Assembly: GCA_036172245.1 (NCBI GenBank)
Contig: JAYWIR010000039.1
Span: forward strand, 1,550,001-1,614,000
Direction: 5' to 3'
Length of the DNA stretch: 64,000 nt
Source: Raillietiella orientalis
Taxonomy: Eukaryota
The notes under the pieces: model-generated
What the model was told of the DNA's origin: nothing
The model's database searches: none
What the model saw: the letters and a program-made list of their open reading frames with translations, nothing else
Translations under genes and position numbers: made by a program
Part shown: positions 39,601 through 51,602 of the stretch, piece after piece
Numbering within the stretch: position 1 is the stretch's first letter
How the letters are laid out: each line of letters begins with the position of its first letter

Positions 39601-42600
39601 GAGCTGTGCTTGAAGACGTGCATAATAATAGAAGGGAAAAAAATCTACAAACGTGAAGAAAAAATCCTTTCAAATAGCACAGCTGTTCGAATTTGATCCT
39701 CAGCGCTTCTTTCCATTAGCAGTGAAAAATCACATATTTGATTCTTTTTTTTCTTCTCTTCTTCTCGGTACGAAAAGTACTCTGACCACGTGCGCCCATA
39801 AACAAATTGACTGAAGCACAGCAATGGAATTATCGTGAAAAAAAAAAAAAAATGTATCTTTGTTTAGAATGCAAAAATTACATACATTTTGATCGATTTT
39901 TCGCTTAAGGGTTTCTTTTTATCTTTTCTATGAACTTTCCATTCGAAATCACCGCAGGACTTGCTATTCCCTAAAGCAGTGTTTCCCAAACTGTCAATAA
40001 GTGGTCCGTGAAAAATTATGAAAATTACTATGTTTTAAATGCTCTGAGGTTTATTTTGCTATTTTCATGTGTTTTGTTTTGCATAATTAAAATTCGGGAA
40101 TTCAGGTTTGCTTTGTTTTCTTAACTTTTATGTTTACTAGCTTAATTTGTTTATTACTGACTCCTACCCACCCTATAAAATAGCCAAGGCATTCCGTTAT
40201 TAAAATTTCAGGATTTGTGCAAATGTTCCGTCATAGGGAAAGTTTGGGAAATGCATGCTCAAACATTTTCCTACGGTTTGCTTTAAATGACTCGAATGAA
40301 ATGAATAATCACAGCTGAATAAACGGTAATGGTTATAGGAAAGAGATATAAAAGGAAAAACATATTGCATTTATACAGTCAAATTGCATTATGCTGGATT
40401 CATACGCTGCTAATGTTTTCAATCATTCGACTCTATAATATTCATAAAGGACACTGTAATTGCAAACCCAATTATTAAAATGCATTCCTTTAAAGTAAAT
40501 CAAAGGTTAATTCATTTATGAGCTTAAAAGAAAAAAGAAAAAGGGCACAGTTTTAGTTAAATGTCAATTCTTACAAAGATTTCCTTAAGAAATTCATTAC
40601 ATAATCCAATGGATGAATGATATTTTTTGAACACGTATTGTAAGGAATGATGCAGAAGTGCCATCATTCAGAAAGAAGCAAATTATCAATATTAGCAAGG
40701 TTGAATGCGAAAATCACTGAATTGCTGAAACTGTTTTCTAAATTACTTCCAAGCATTTTTCAAGGTAGGCTTATTGCGTCGCGGAAAGATGCTTTTGTGA
40801 GACGCTTCATCATACGGGTCCAGCGTTCAAAACTCACTTCGATGAGAAATGTGGAAAAAAAAAAAAAATCACTGTGGTCAAGTAAATCTCAAACACTGAT
40901 GAAAACTTCACCTGACAAAAGCGAAAACGAACGATTTGGAATCAAAATGAAGTTTTTATCGTTGTTCGAAAGCATCTTTTTTTTTTTTTCCTACTGATTT
41001 GGAGCAAATGTTTTCCTGAGTTTGTCTCAGCTAACTGTAACTTCAAAAGAGCTTTTATTTGTTTGAATCGCCTCGATTCGATTCAAATGAAACGTACCGC
41101 ATTCTGTTCAAGATTTCCGGCAGTTCAGAGAAGGACAACAGGAAAAAGATGCACATATTCACATTTGATCGCATACTGTGTTCTTCGAGAAACCACAGCG
41201 TGGATGGCTGCACACAGGAAGAGGTAAGTACGAATTCTCGCTTCCTTGTCAGGGGTCAGGGAATATCAACAAATCCTCCAGCACAATAGTAATAATAATA
41301 ATAATAATAATGAGAAGGAGGAGAAAGGCAGAAGCGAATGCTTCCGAGCCAGCTTTCCATTTCGTGATTTCCTCTCTGCCTCGAAAACACATTCGTACAG
41401 AATGCACCCACCTGCTCCTCTTTAATATGCATCGATTGCCTCTTATTGATTAGACGCTAAAGTTGCATGCACTGACTGAAGGCTGGAGAGTTGTTGCTGA
41501 ATTCTGCGGCATTTCCGATGGTACAGAAACGAATCCATCAGTTAAAATGTTGAACAGTCTCAGTACCTTTGTCAGGCACCCTTCAGACTCAAAAGTAAGG
41601 TTGTTTCTGTATATGTAGTATCATTTCGGTTAACTTGTAAATGATGCTGAGATTGGAAGTAATGATAAGGATTATTTTTTTTTTCATCAGCTGTTAATAG
41701 GCTTGCATCTCTGTTCATTTCACCTGTCCTTAAAAAAAGCACCGGAAAATATGCTAGAGGATAAAACCTGTCTGTGCATCATCGGCTTAGGTTCCTTCCT
41801 CTAGAAGAGTGAACGGGGAAATCACATTCACACTTAAATTCAATTTTATCGGCAGATATATCATGAAATTGTCAAAATATGCCCGAAAGGGCGATTAGAC
41901 GAATCATGACCTTGACATAAGGGATGACTCCCTCGGAAGCCATCGGTAGGAGCACTGACAGAGTAGGTTTTGAGTAATTGGAATCAGAAAAGAAAGCGAA
42001 TATGCACGAAACGAAAGGGGAAACGGCTGTGCATGAATTTCGGGAAGCATTCCTTCGAATGCGGTTTCCGCCGGTCTGTGTTTCGCTCATTTTGCTCATC
42101 ACATGGCGAAAGGAGATTCATCCGAAAACGACAGCAGCGGAATTTATTTGCAACGCCTTTGCAGCTTTCCAGCGTGAACGACAAAAACGAATTCCCCCAA
42201 ACAACCACGCCCAACCACGAAACACCTTTCGAGCATCCAAAAATGATAAAATCGAGAACCATGGGTAATTAATAAATTAACGTGTGCGAGAGCATAAAGT
42301 AAGGAGCAGCTCTGAATCGCAGAGTCTGCAAATGTTCATCCTCTGCTAATTACAACTTGTGCCTTTTCGTCTATCTTTAAAAATCAAGTTTTTAAAATTC
42401 ATCATAGTAATTACTTGATCCTTTTTTTTTTTTTGGATTTATCGTTTTCTACGTGACCTTTCATTCCTAATTCCAAGTTTCGTGAATCATGTTCACTTCC
42501 CTTTAATATTATAAAAAAAAATGCGATCAAATTTGCGCGTCATTTAAATAAAAACCTTCCATTATCTTTTCATTATCATTAACCTATCATTTTCATTATC

Positions 42601-45600
42601 TGTGGATATATCACAGTTAATATTTGCAATGTGGTTATATCTCAGTTAACGCTTGTTTATTTTTATGTAATTATTATGGATATATCTCAGTTAATATGGT
42701 AATATGGTGACATCTCAGCTCATTCCTTAATAACTCTGTGGGTGGATATATCCATCTCGCTGAATCATTAAGGAACAATCATACAGAGAGGAAGAAGTCG
42801 ACTTTAGAGGAAAAAGACCTTTGATAGCTGTTGAAGATATGATGACAGTCCACAGAAATGCTGGAGGACTCACGAAGAGAAAAATGAATTCCTATGGATA
42901 GCAGCAGTCAGCAAAAGAGTGGAACACTCGCTGAAAGGGAAGTTTCGTAAAGAACACATTTGGAAAAGCCTTCAATTCCCGTTCGGTGTTCAAGCAAAAG
43001 CTGTTTGGAGGAATGGGAGGGATGTCAATTATTCTTCCACATGATGGTATCCAATGGTGAACAAACCAACCAGAACAGGATGCGAATTTGGAAATTTGTG
43101 AGGACGCCGAGCGAAAGACCTCGCATGCAACGGAGGCAAAGGAAGTCCGTGCACACTTCTTGCAAGAAGACTAATTTATGTTGAGGATGGGGAGAAATGT
43201 GACTGTACGAAAGCTTTTCATCTTGTGGACATCGACACTCCCAAGCATCCAGGGAGAGAGGTGTGCTCTGCATGGGATTCCCCAATGCAACGACAGCAAT
43301 GCCACCTCTTGCCACTTGGGGGGGAGAGTGCCACTGTCCCAACACGCTGGGGGCCACTTTCATTTTTCGCAACTTTCATCTCATCTTTTCATTTGTTGCA
43401 AAAAAAAAAAAAAAACGGCAAGTTTTTTTTGTGGAATTCTTCAGACTTCAAGCCTGGAGAAAAACGCTGAATCTCAAGTCTGCTATTTGACTTTTGAATC
43501 TGCTATAACGAAACAAGCCTTTGGAATGCCGATACTCGAATCCATTTTCTTCATCATGAATTGAATATTCCAACGAAAAGTGAATGAAAACAGTCGAGAA
43601 GGAAGAAAAAAACACACTTTTGAGAAACCATAAGCAATAAAAATGATGACAGGCACTAATTTTTCTTAATAGGAATGCGGATGGAAACGGAAACTCGATC
43701 TTCAAGTCTGCATCCAATGTGCAATCCACTCTTAATTTACAATACTTGAATGGACTATAAATGAAAAAAGTAATAAATAACATGCTGTTGTGCCGTGAAC
43801 TTCTATAGGAGACTAGAAGTTGCGTAGTAATTATCATAATACGGGTTGTGCAGAAAATTATCTCACAAGCAATGCTTAAATGTTGCCCGCGTCGGAGGCC
43901 GTGTGGTTACGGTGGTCTCCGCGCGTGGCACCATCATGCGTCGTGGGTGCCGAGTTCACCCCACAAGATGACGCTGGCTGGCCTGCATTCATTCGGGTGC
44001 GACACTGGTAGCGGTTCAAACCGGATGCCCCCCGATGAGGGCCGGGACAAATGGGAGTCGACCTCCGGGTCCTTCCAGGAATCACGGAGTGGGAGCTCCC
44101 CTCCAGTTGTGAAGGAGCGGACCCTCCATTCCGGGGGGGACCCCCGTGTCGGACTGATGGAGTAGGTGTGTCGCCACCACCTCTCCAGAGAGTGCAGAGA
44201 CGCTAGCCGATCCCTTCCGGGAAGCTGCGTCCTTCTGAATTTCGGAAGCGTCTCTTCTCCGCCCGCGTAGGAGACTTTGTGGATTAAGGCTTCCGCACGT
44301 GGCACCATGCGTCGTGGGTTCGAATACTCCCGCAAAAACTGACGCCATTGCGTCGTTGGGTTCCGAGTTTCTCTTGCAATGGCGCTGGTTGGCAGAAACC
44401 TTCGGGCGTGGCACCGGTAGCGGTTTAAAGCCCGGAGGCTCCCGATGAAGGCCGGAACAATGGGAGTCGACCTTCGGGTCCTCCCAGGAACAAAAAGGAG
44501 TGGAGAGTTCCCCCTACGGTCGTAAAACAGAGAGCGGACCCCCCACACCGGGGGGACCCCTCGGGTTTCAAGATGGAGCAGGAACCCTCACAGGCATCTC
44601 TCCAGTTGTTTAAAGGAGCGGACCCCCCTGTTGGGGGGGTTCGCTCGTCGCCTCCTCTCCAGAAGAGTGCAAGGAAGCTAGAGCGATTCCCCTGCGGGAA
44701 GCTGCAGCGCCCCTTCTGAATTTCGGAAGTGTCCCTTCAGAGTTCTCTTCAGAGTGAACAGGAGCGGATCCTTTCCGGGTTCCCTTGGGAGAAGATGAAA
44801 CGGAGAGGACCACCCCCCTTCCGGGGGGGATCCCTCCGGAGAGAATGAGGAAGGAGATTCCCTTCTGGATCCCCCTTCGGAGACAACCAGCGTGGAAGTG
44901 CGATCCGGGGGGATCCCTCCCCAAGCGTGAGAGAAACGGACTCCTAAGCCTTCCTGGATTCACAGGGCGGACCCCCCTGCTGGTGTGCCCCCCTATCTTG
45001 AAGAATAACACGCACCCTCCGCGGGTGGCGTGGAACAGTGTTAAAGAGCCACGTGCGCGCCGCGAGGCATGCGACCGGCTCCTGAGGTACTTAGCGAACC
45101 AAAAAAACGAAAACCTGAAAAAACTGGGAAAAAAAATGCTGGAAGGGAAAAAACAGCGAAGACAGAGAAGAACCCAAAAGGATTTTTCCATAATCCCAAA
45201 ACCGTGTCGAAGAACTGTGAAGACAGAAAGGGATTTCCATCATCCTAATTAAGCAATGCTTAAACGTTCTCGACTTTGTGGGGACACATCATACCGCGTT
45301 CTACTTCCGCTATAAACAAAAAATCAGGAAGTCCCCCCAGAAATGACATAATTTTCTGGTGAACACTCTTTCCAGGACGTTGTCCGAAAAATAGTTTTGC
45401 TCTCAGCGGACGTTGGAGTACGTCTGACGTAATCATCGAAGTCGCTTGAATGATTGTGTTCTTTCTTGATCCTTTCTGGTGGGTTTACTGAGACCTAATG
45501 CACTTCATGTGCTCGCGCACTAAGGTCATGAGGAGTACAAGTGGACCACCGTGCTGTCCTTTCTACACTATGATCCGCTTCCCCTCTAACAGTTCATCGC

Positions 45601-48600
45601 CCAGGAAATTCTTCTCTGAGACAACTTGAGTGGAGTTTCGGCTCTGCTGAATTTATCCGTCAAATATCGTAGGAAAGAGTGACGCTTTGTGGTGGGTGTC
45701 ATTGGTGAGGCACTTCCTGGTGAGTTTAGTTCCTATAATGTGCACGGAGCGTTCGTATCGTGAAGTCGGCTAGAAAACGTCTGTTCCCATGGATGCGTCC
45801 GACATTCTTCTTGGTAGCAGCACTTTCTGCTGTTGAAGTTTAACTTGGCAAGGTTTGATGCCACTCTTTAATGGTGCGGTGTACACTCTCTTGGTTGGCA
45901 GAAGCTGCCCTCTCTCTGAATGTTTCAAGAAAGGCGTACGATCACAAATAGGCTTCCATTTTAGTATCTGTACAGCCGAAGCGTGTAAGTAGGCTTCTAT
46001 TTGTGACGTATCAGATGTTGATGAAATGGTTATAGAAAATGTGTGGGATAGTGGGAAAAGAGGTAAAGGGATAATCATGGCTATTTCAATCTCTATTCAA
46101 ATCAGTGAAAACCGAATTAGTGTTCCATCACAACTCGCTGGTAGAAAGCGAGTACTTTTTTCAGAGGCTTTTTTCAAAGCCCCATAGCTGCGTGTTCGTG
46201 TTCAAAAATTATATCCCTGAAGCAAAAATCTGATTCTGCTACGTAGATGAAATCGCATCATCCTTAATTCGAATTGCGACTGCAAGGCACCAGAACTCGT
46301 GTTCATATTCAGTATGTATACATTCAATCAGCCGCATTAAATTGAAACCATAGTTAACCATAGTTTTAAATAACTACTGCAATTCCCCAAAATTTCTTCC
46401 CAGTGATAAACTGATTCCCATTTGGGTTCTCACTTACAAAGGAAATATGTATGAGCGAAAGGACTTTGTAGAATTTCTTTATACGTTTTTTGGGGTTGTA
46501 TCCCCTATCTGTTAGAATAACTTTACCCTGCGAATAATCCATCTGATACCCAGATCAGATCAAAATTGTTTTATCTACAAATTGAAGCATTTTGGAGATT
46601 TTCAATAACTGAGTTTATTTTTTAAAACCCTGTGTTTTCGAGTCCATATCATCACTGGTGTACTTCATTATATTCTGATACTCGGTTGACCTTGTTAAAG
46701 CCTTTGGTCAGTTTTGGGAGCCTCACGTCGATGTTTGGCTAACCAGGTCATTCTCCCTAAATATTCCTAATCTCTTTCGAAAGTGTTCTCAGTTGTTTGA
46801 GATCTCTATATGAAAATCACGTCAGTCATTGGTCCAGGTGGGTTTCGAAACAGAGTCCGGACTTTCGAATTCTACGGATTACTGTGTGGTTGAACGGACT
46901 GAAAAGAATAAGCAAATCGAGAAAATCTGAAATCTCTGACTAGAGCTGTGGTGCAATCTCTGGCCATAGCGACCAGGATCACATCTTAATAGGGAATTTT
47001 GATTTAAAGGACTCATGAATGGGTTCCCTCAGTCGTGCTTTTTAATTGAGGTGCTAATCGAAGGGAATTTCAGATCTCACTCTCATCATACTTGAAGAAA
47101 CCATAGAATTTTTTTTTTTTAAAAAAAAAGACCGAAATTCTAAAACACCGTACGGTTGAACAGTCCAGCAGTATATGATCTCAATGAGGACGGTGCAAAT
47201 GAACAAAAAGCCTGTTGAAAGCTTCATTTGCGATGGACTTGGACAGTGGAGTGGAGGAATAATGGGAGCAAATTTCGATAAATGTGGAATGCAGATAAGC
47301 AAATGGAGGCACCCGGGTCATCGCGGGAACGACGTGACGACTGGCAGGCAATCCTGCATGGCAAAGTGCATTCGCTGCAGCACACGTGCACAAATCTTGG
47401 GGGAATCCAGAATCCAGAGGACCCAGGAGCCGACTTCAAACTCGACCGTGAACGTGGGAAAATCACACAAATCCTGGGAGTCATTCGAATTCGGGCTAAA
47501 TGTGTGCACAGTCCCATTGGAAATGCTTGATTGAGATGCTGTCACGTTTCAGAGAGTAGCTTGGCATCTTTTTTCACGTTTCTTGGAGATTAAGCACACG
47601 GAACGCACAGACAGTGCGAAATTCGTCTGCCGGATGTTTTTATTTTCGGGCTGGTTGTTGTTGCCTTCTAGGTCTTCTAGGTGATACATTTGCCGCTGTT
47701 TGGCAGAAAGAGATGAATTTCAGCACGAATGGAACTTCAAGTCCCACTTAAGGAGCCGCAATTGCATCGCGGTCTTCACAGACGCCGTCGTCGTAAAGAC
47801 CGAAGAGTGTGGTCAAAAGGTTATCGCCAGTCCAAGTTCTCAAAACGAATCCAACTGCAAATTTCTAAAGAAATCTGTACTCTTGGTGTCCCCATCATAT
47901 GATCCATAACCAATCACTGCCAGAATTCTATTTTTTTTTCCAGCTTCTATGTGGGAAAACATTGCACTAAAACTGTCTCCAAACTGCTAATAACAGTGTT
48001 GAGAAAGACAAAGAACGATATACCAACGGAGTGATTTCATGGTGAATGCATTGGTACTATGGCATTTTTTTTGTTCGTCGGTGCAGTGATCCACGCTGAC
48101 CTGCATGAAGTTTTTTTTTTTTTTTTTCCTTGCTTACACTCTGCAGAGCAGATTTAGCCTTCACACGGAGCTTTCTCTGCTCCGGAATTTCCAAAGGATT
48201 TCGTACCTAAGATGCACATTTCCCGAGCATTGCGAAATCCGCGAAACATACGGAGAATACCAATGTGCTGCAGCTACTTGGATGGGGAAGAGAAATCCAA
48301 CGTTCCCTCAACCCCTTCCAAGTTCTTCCTTTCCTTCGTCGTACTCCGTCCGAGAGTCGTGTGCAGAAGGTTCATCCTCAACCAAATGTGGTTCTCTACT
48401 TGTTCGAGATGCAAAGTGGCTTTTTTTTTCTTTCGGAGATTCCAAAGTATTACTTCTGTATTATAAAGAGAAAACCATTCAATCCTGTTTCTTTTCCTTC
48501 TTCTTCTCGTCATTTGGTGTTCCACTGTCTTGTATGTCATGTAAATTTCGAAAAAAAAAAAGAAAGTGGGAAGTGATATGAAAGGTATTTGAACGAGTAA

Positions 48601-51558
48601 TGAATTAGTGTTCGGGATAAGTGAAAGATACAAAGTGTATAGTTTTTTTTTTTTTTCAAAGAACGAAAGGATGCTTTTCACATAATGATTTTCTTCTGTC
48701 TCAATTGCTAACACGAAGAATCCGCTCATCCAGAATCTTTCAGTTATTCATCAAAATAAACGAATGTTCCAGGTTTATGAAGATCTAGGAAGAGATGTAT
48801 TGATTGATTTCCTCAATGGCTACAATATCTGCATACTAGCTTATGGCCAAAGTGGATCAGGAAAAACATATACCATGGTAGGAAGCGAAGTAAGTGTCAT
48901 CGTCCGTAATGATTTTTAAGTGACTGATTGCCGTATAAGGTGCCGTGTGATGAAAGGGTGAGGTTTGGCTCGAAAACTCGAAAACGTGATGAGAGCTAAA
49001 GAAAGCACTGCGAAGTATGCAGAGCGGTTTCCATTTTCCGTAGAGTGATGTGTAGCATTTCAATGTTTTCAGCCAGTGACGAATGTTGCTCGGTGAAATG
49101 AAGCAAACGGTCGCATCTGAAGAATATCATCTGAAGCTGAAGTGCAACTCCTCAACCAGTCCTTGAAGCGTGCATCTGATCTCGCAGCTCATTTGCTTGC
49201 AACGGAACTCTTAAGGACGTTTCTCTCCGACGACTTCAACCAGAGAACTATTGCGTTATCTAGAAATTTTTTTCTTCGTACGGTCTTGGTGATCTGTACA
49301 CCCATGAGAACGTTACCCGCTCTAGCACACCAAGGACGAGCCAGTTATGCAAATTTCATCATTCATCCCCTGATCTCCCATAAATGAAAACGTAAACGGA
49401 AGCGGGTGATTCGAAAGTCTCGTTTGTATGGAGTGGTCACATCTCCAGGGAGCAACGCAGTTATTTTCATGTTGCGGGACCCATTTATTGCGTAGGTCAA
49501 GGCTCGCATCATGGGAAGCAAAATAACCATTTATTTTCAAGATGATACAAGCTGAGGCTCATAGGGATTTTTCGGGGAATTCCGGCAAATTCGTCTCGCG
49601 TTTGCTTAAGACTATATATGAACAAGAAAAGGGCGTTACTATTCGTTTCCAGATAAATCCCAAGAATTGAGTAAGTGGTGTCTAATATCTAGTGGGATAG
49701 AAAAACCTGGAACTAATCTACTAACTAGTTGAAGAGTTGCACGACAGTGGTGTGGTATCGTGGCGCTCAGGTAGAAACCTCGGTCTGTCGAAATAGAGAT
49801 TTGGTAGAGTAGGGATCCATTTCCCTTTTTGATTGACTTCCTGTGTCTTCTTTACGAAGCAAAGAAGAAACACGAGCACGCCGAACTGAATTTACCTCTG
49901 TTTTATTTATGTATTTTTTTTATAGGGCGCCCTTCTCTTTTTTTCCTTTTTCTAAGAAAAAGACTTCCATTTATGCGTTTCTTTGAAATTGCTATGAACA
50001 AGGTTTCACAGAGTTTAGAATTCCACTGCTCCATGTTTCGATTGCGTGAAAGCATTAAAGGATGCTTTGCTTCTGCCACTCTTGGAAAATTCCTGCTCAA
50101 CGAATTTCTCACAAGGCCTCGATCCTTCTGGATGGTCAGATGGGGCATGGAGAAAAAGATTTGTGAAGAGGATTCACTTCTTTACAGAAAGCAAAAGCCT
50201 TTCAGATCTCCATTCGTTTCACGGATGCAGATCGAACGGGCATCCATCTTCCGTGCAAAAGTATGCGAAGTATAAAATAAAGAAAATCTTGAAGTTCACG
50301 ATTTACTTATTCGGTTGAAAGCCGGCTGTGCTCCAAAATCATTTACTTTAGGAACGTACAAATCCAGCGAGTCAAAGTGGCAGTCACAAATTTCCATGGA
50401 CAGTTTGGCACGAATATTCTTTACGCGTTTTTTTTTGTATTGACATCTTCTGAGATTTTAAGTTGAGTTGTTAAGAATGATTTGAGAAGCAACAACGACA
50501 ACAAAAAAAAACTATTTCTTTATTGGAAACAAACCTAAAGTAGGAATTTATAACTCTCATTGTGTTTTAGAATGGAGAAGAAGGGATCATACCGAGGATC
50601 TGCGCTGATCTATTTTCTGAAGACAAAAGGAATGAGGGGAAACTGGGGAGAGTCACTGCTGAGGTCAGGCAAGTTTCCATGATGTTTGTCAGTTTTGAAG
50701 GAAAATTGCTGAAAAATCAAGCTGTACTACTTATGATAAACACGAAACCAGTAATGCATACTCAAAGAAGCGAAAACATCACCATGGGAAATCATTAATC
50801 ATTTTTACTCCTTACAACGCTGAAAGAAATCTGTTTTGATATATCACGGGGATGAAAGTGTTCGATATTGCAACGGAAAGATTCCAGCATTCGGTGTAAC
50901 AGATGTCGATTTCTCTTGTATTTCTTTGTGTTTCTTTCTATTTTCCTTCTGCTGTCTCTCTTTCACATTTTTCGTAAAGATGGTATAAGGAATTGATGCT
51001 CTTTGCATACGCCATGCGAGATTGATAGCTGAGAACAGGTTCCGGTGGAATGCAAAGAGTTCCTTGAGCTCCCATTCAGAGGAAGATTCTGTACCAAAGA
51101 TGATCCTTAAAATCAAGGTCACTCTGGAAGATAATGGTTATTGGCATGCGTGAGCATTTCTGAAGTGAAATCCATATTTTGAATACCCGGAAACGATAGC
51201 AACTTTCATTCAGGAGGAAATTCATTCGAACACATTCATTTCAGTGTATCTTCACTGAAATGCTTAGGTGGGTGAGTGTGAGGAAAATATTTCGTTTCAG
51301 TCTTCACGTTCAGTGAATATCAGGAAAGACGTTTTTTCCTACTTCACTGTGGAATCTTTGTGCTTCTTAAAACTGATTGATAAGTCCCACATGTACTTGG
51401 ATCTTGCAGTTGGGGTCTTCTATCAAAAAATATTAACAGCCGTATGGAATGGATTTATACAGATGAGTGATTCATTTTTGTCACCAAACCAGCATCATTT
51501 CGAAACGAGTAAAGAAAAGTAGGTTAACGGTACAGTCAACCTATACGTTCCTGAACTC

Positions 51559-51602
<44 letters not shown>

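Noticed and set aside
44261..44345. Functional tRNA gene
   Set aside because: Box-like motifs are present but I cannot build an acceptor stem or cloverleaf, and there is no oligo-T terminator
44430..44462. Hammerhead ribozyme at CCGAUGA...GGAAC in the SINE
   Set aside because: Core reads CCGA not CUGA in all copies, GAAA is not conserved, and the motif sits in a simple hairpin loop
43848..45252. 100-200 aa ORFs on both strands of the SINE
   Set aside because: GC-rich stop-poor sequence; frames are broken by indels between copies
45270..47550. piggyBac- or MULE-like transposase remnants
   Set aside because: Only vague peptide resemblance ([28 protein letters not shown]); no catalytic motifs or termini
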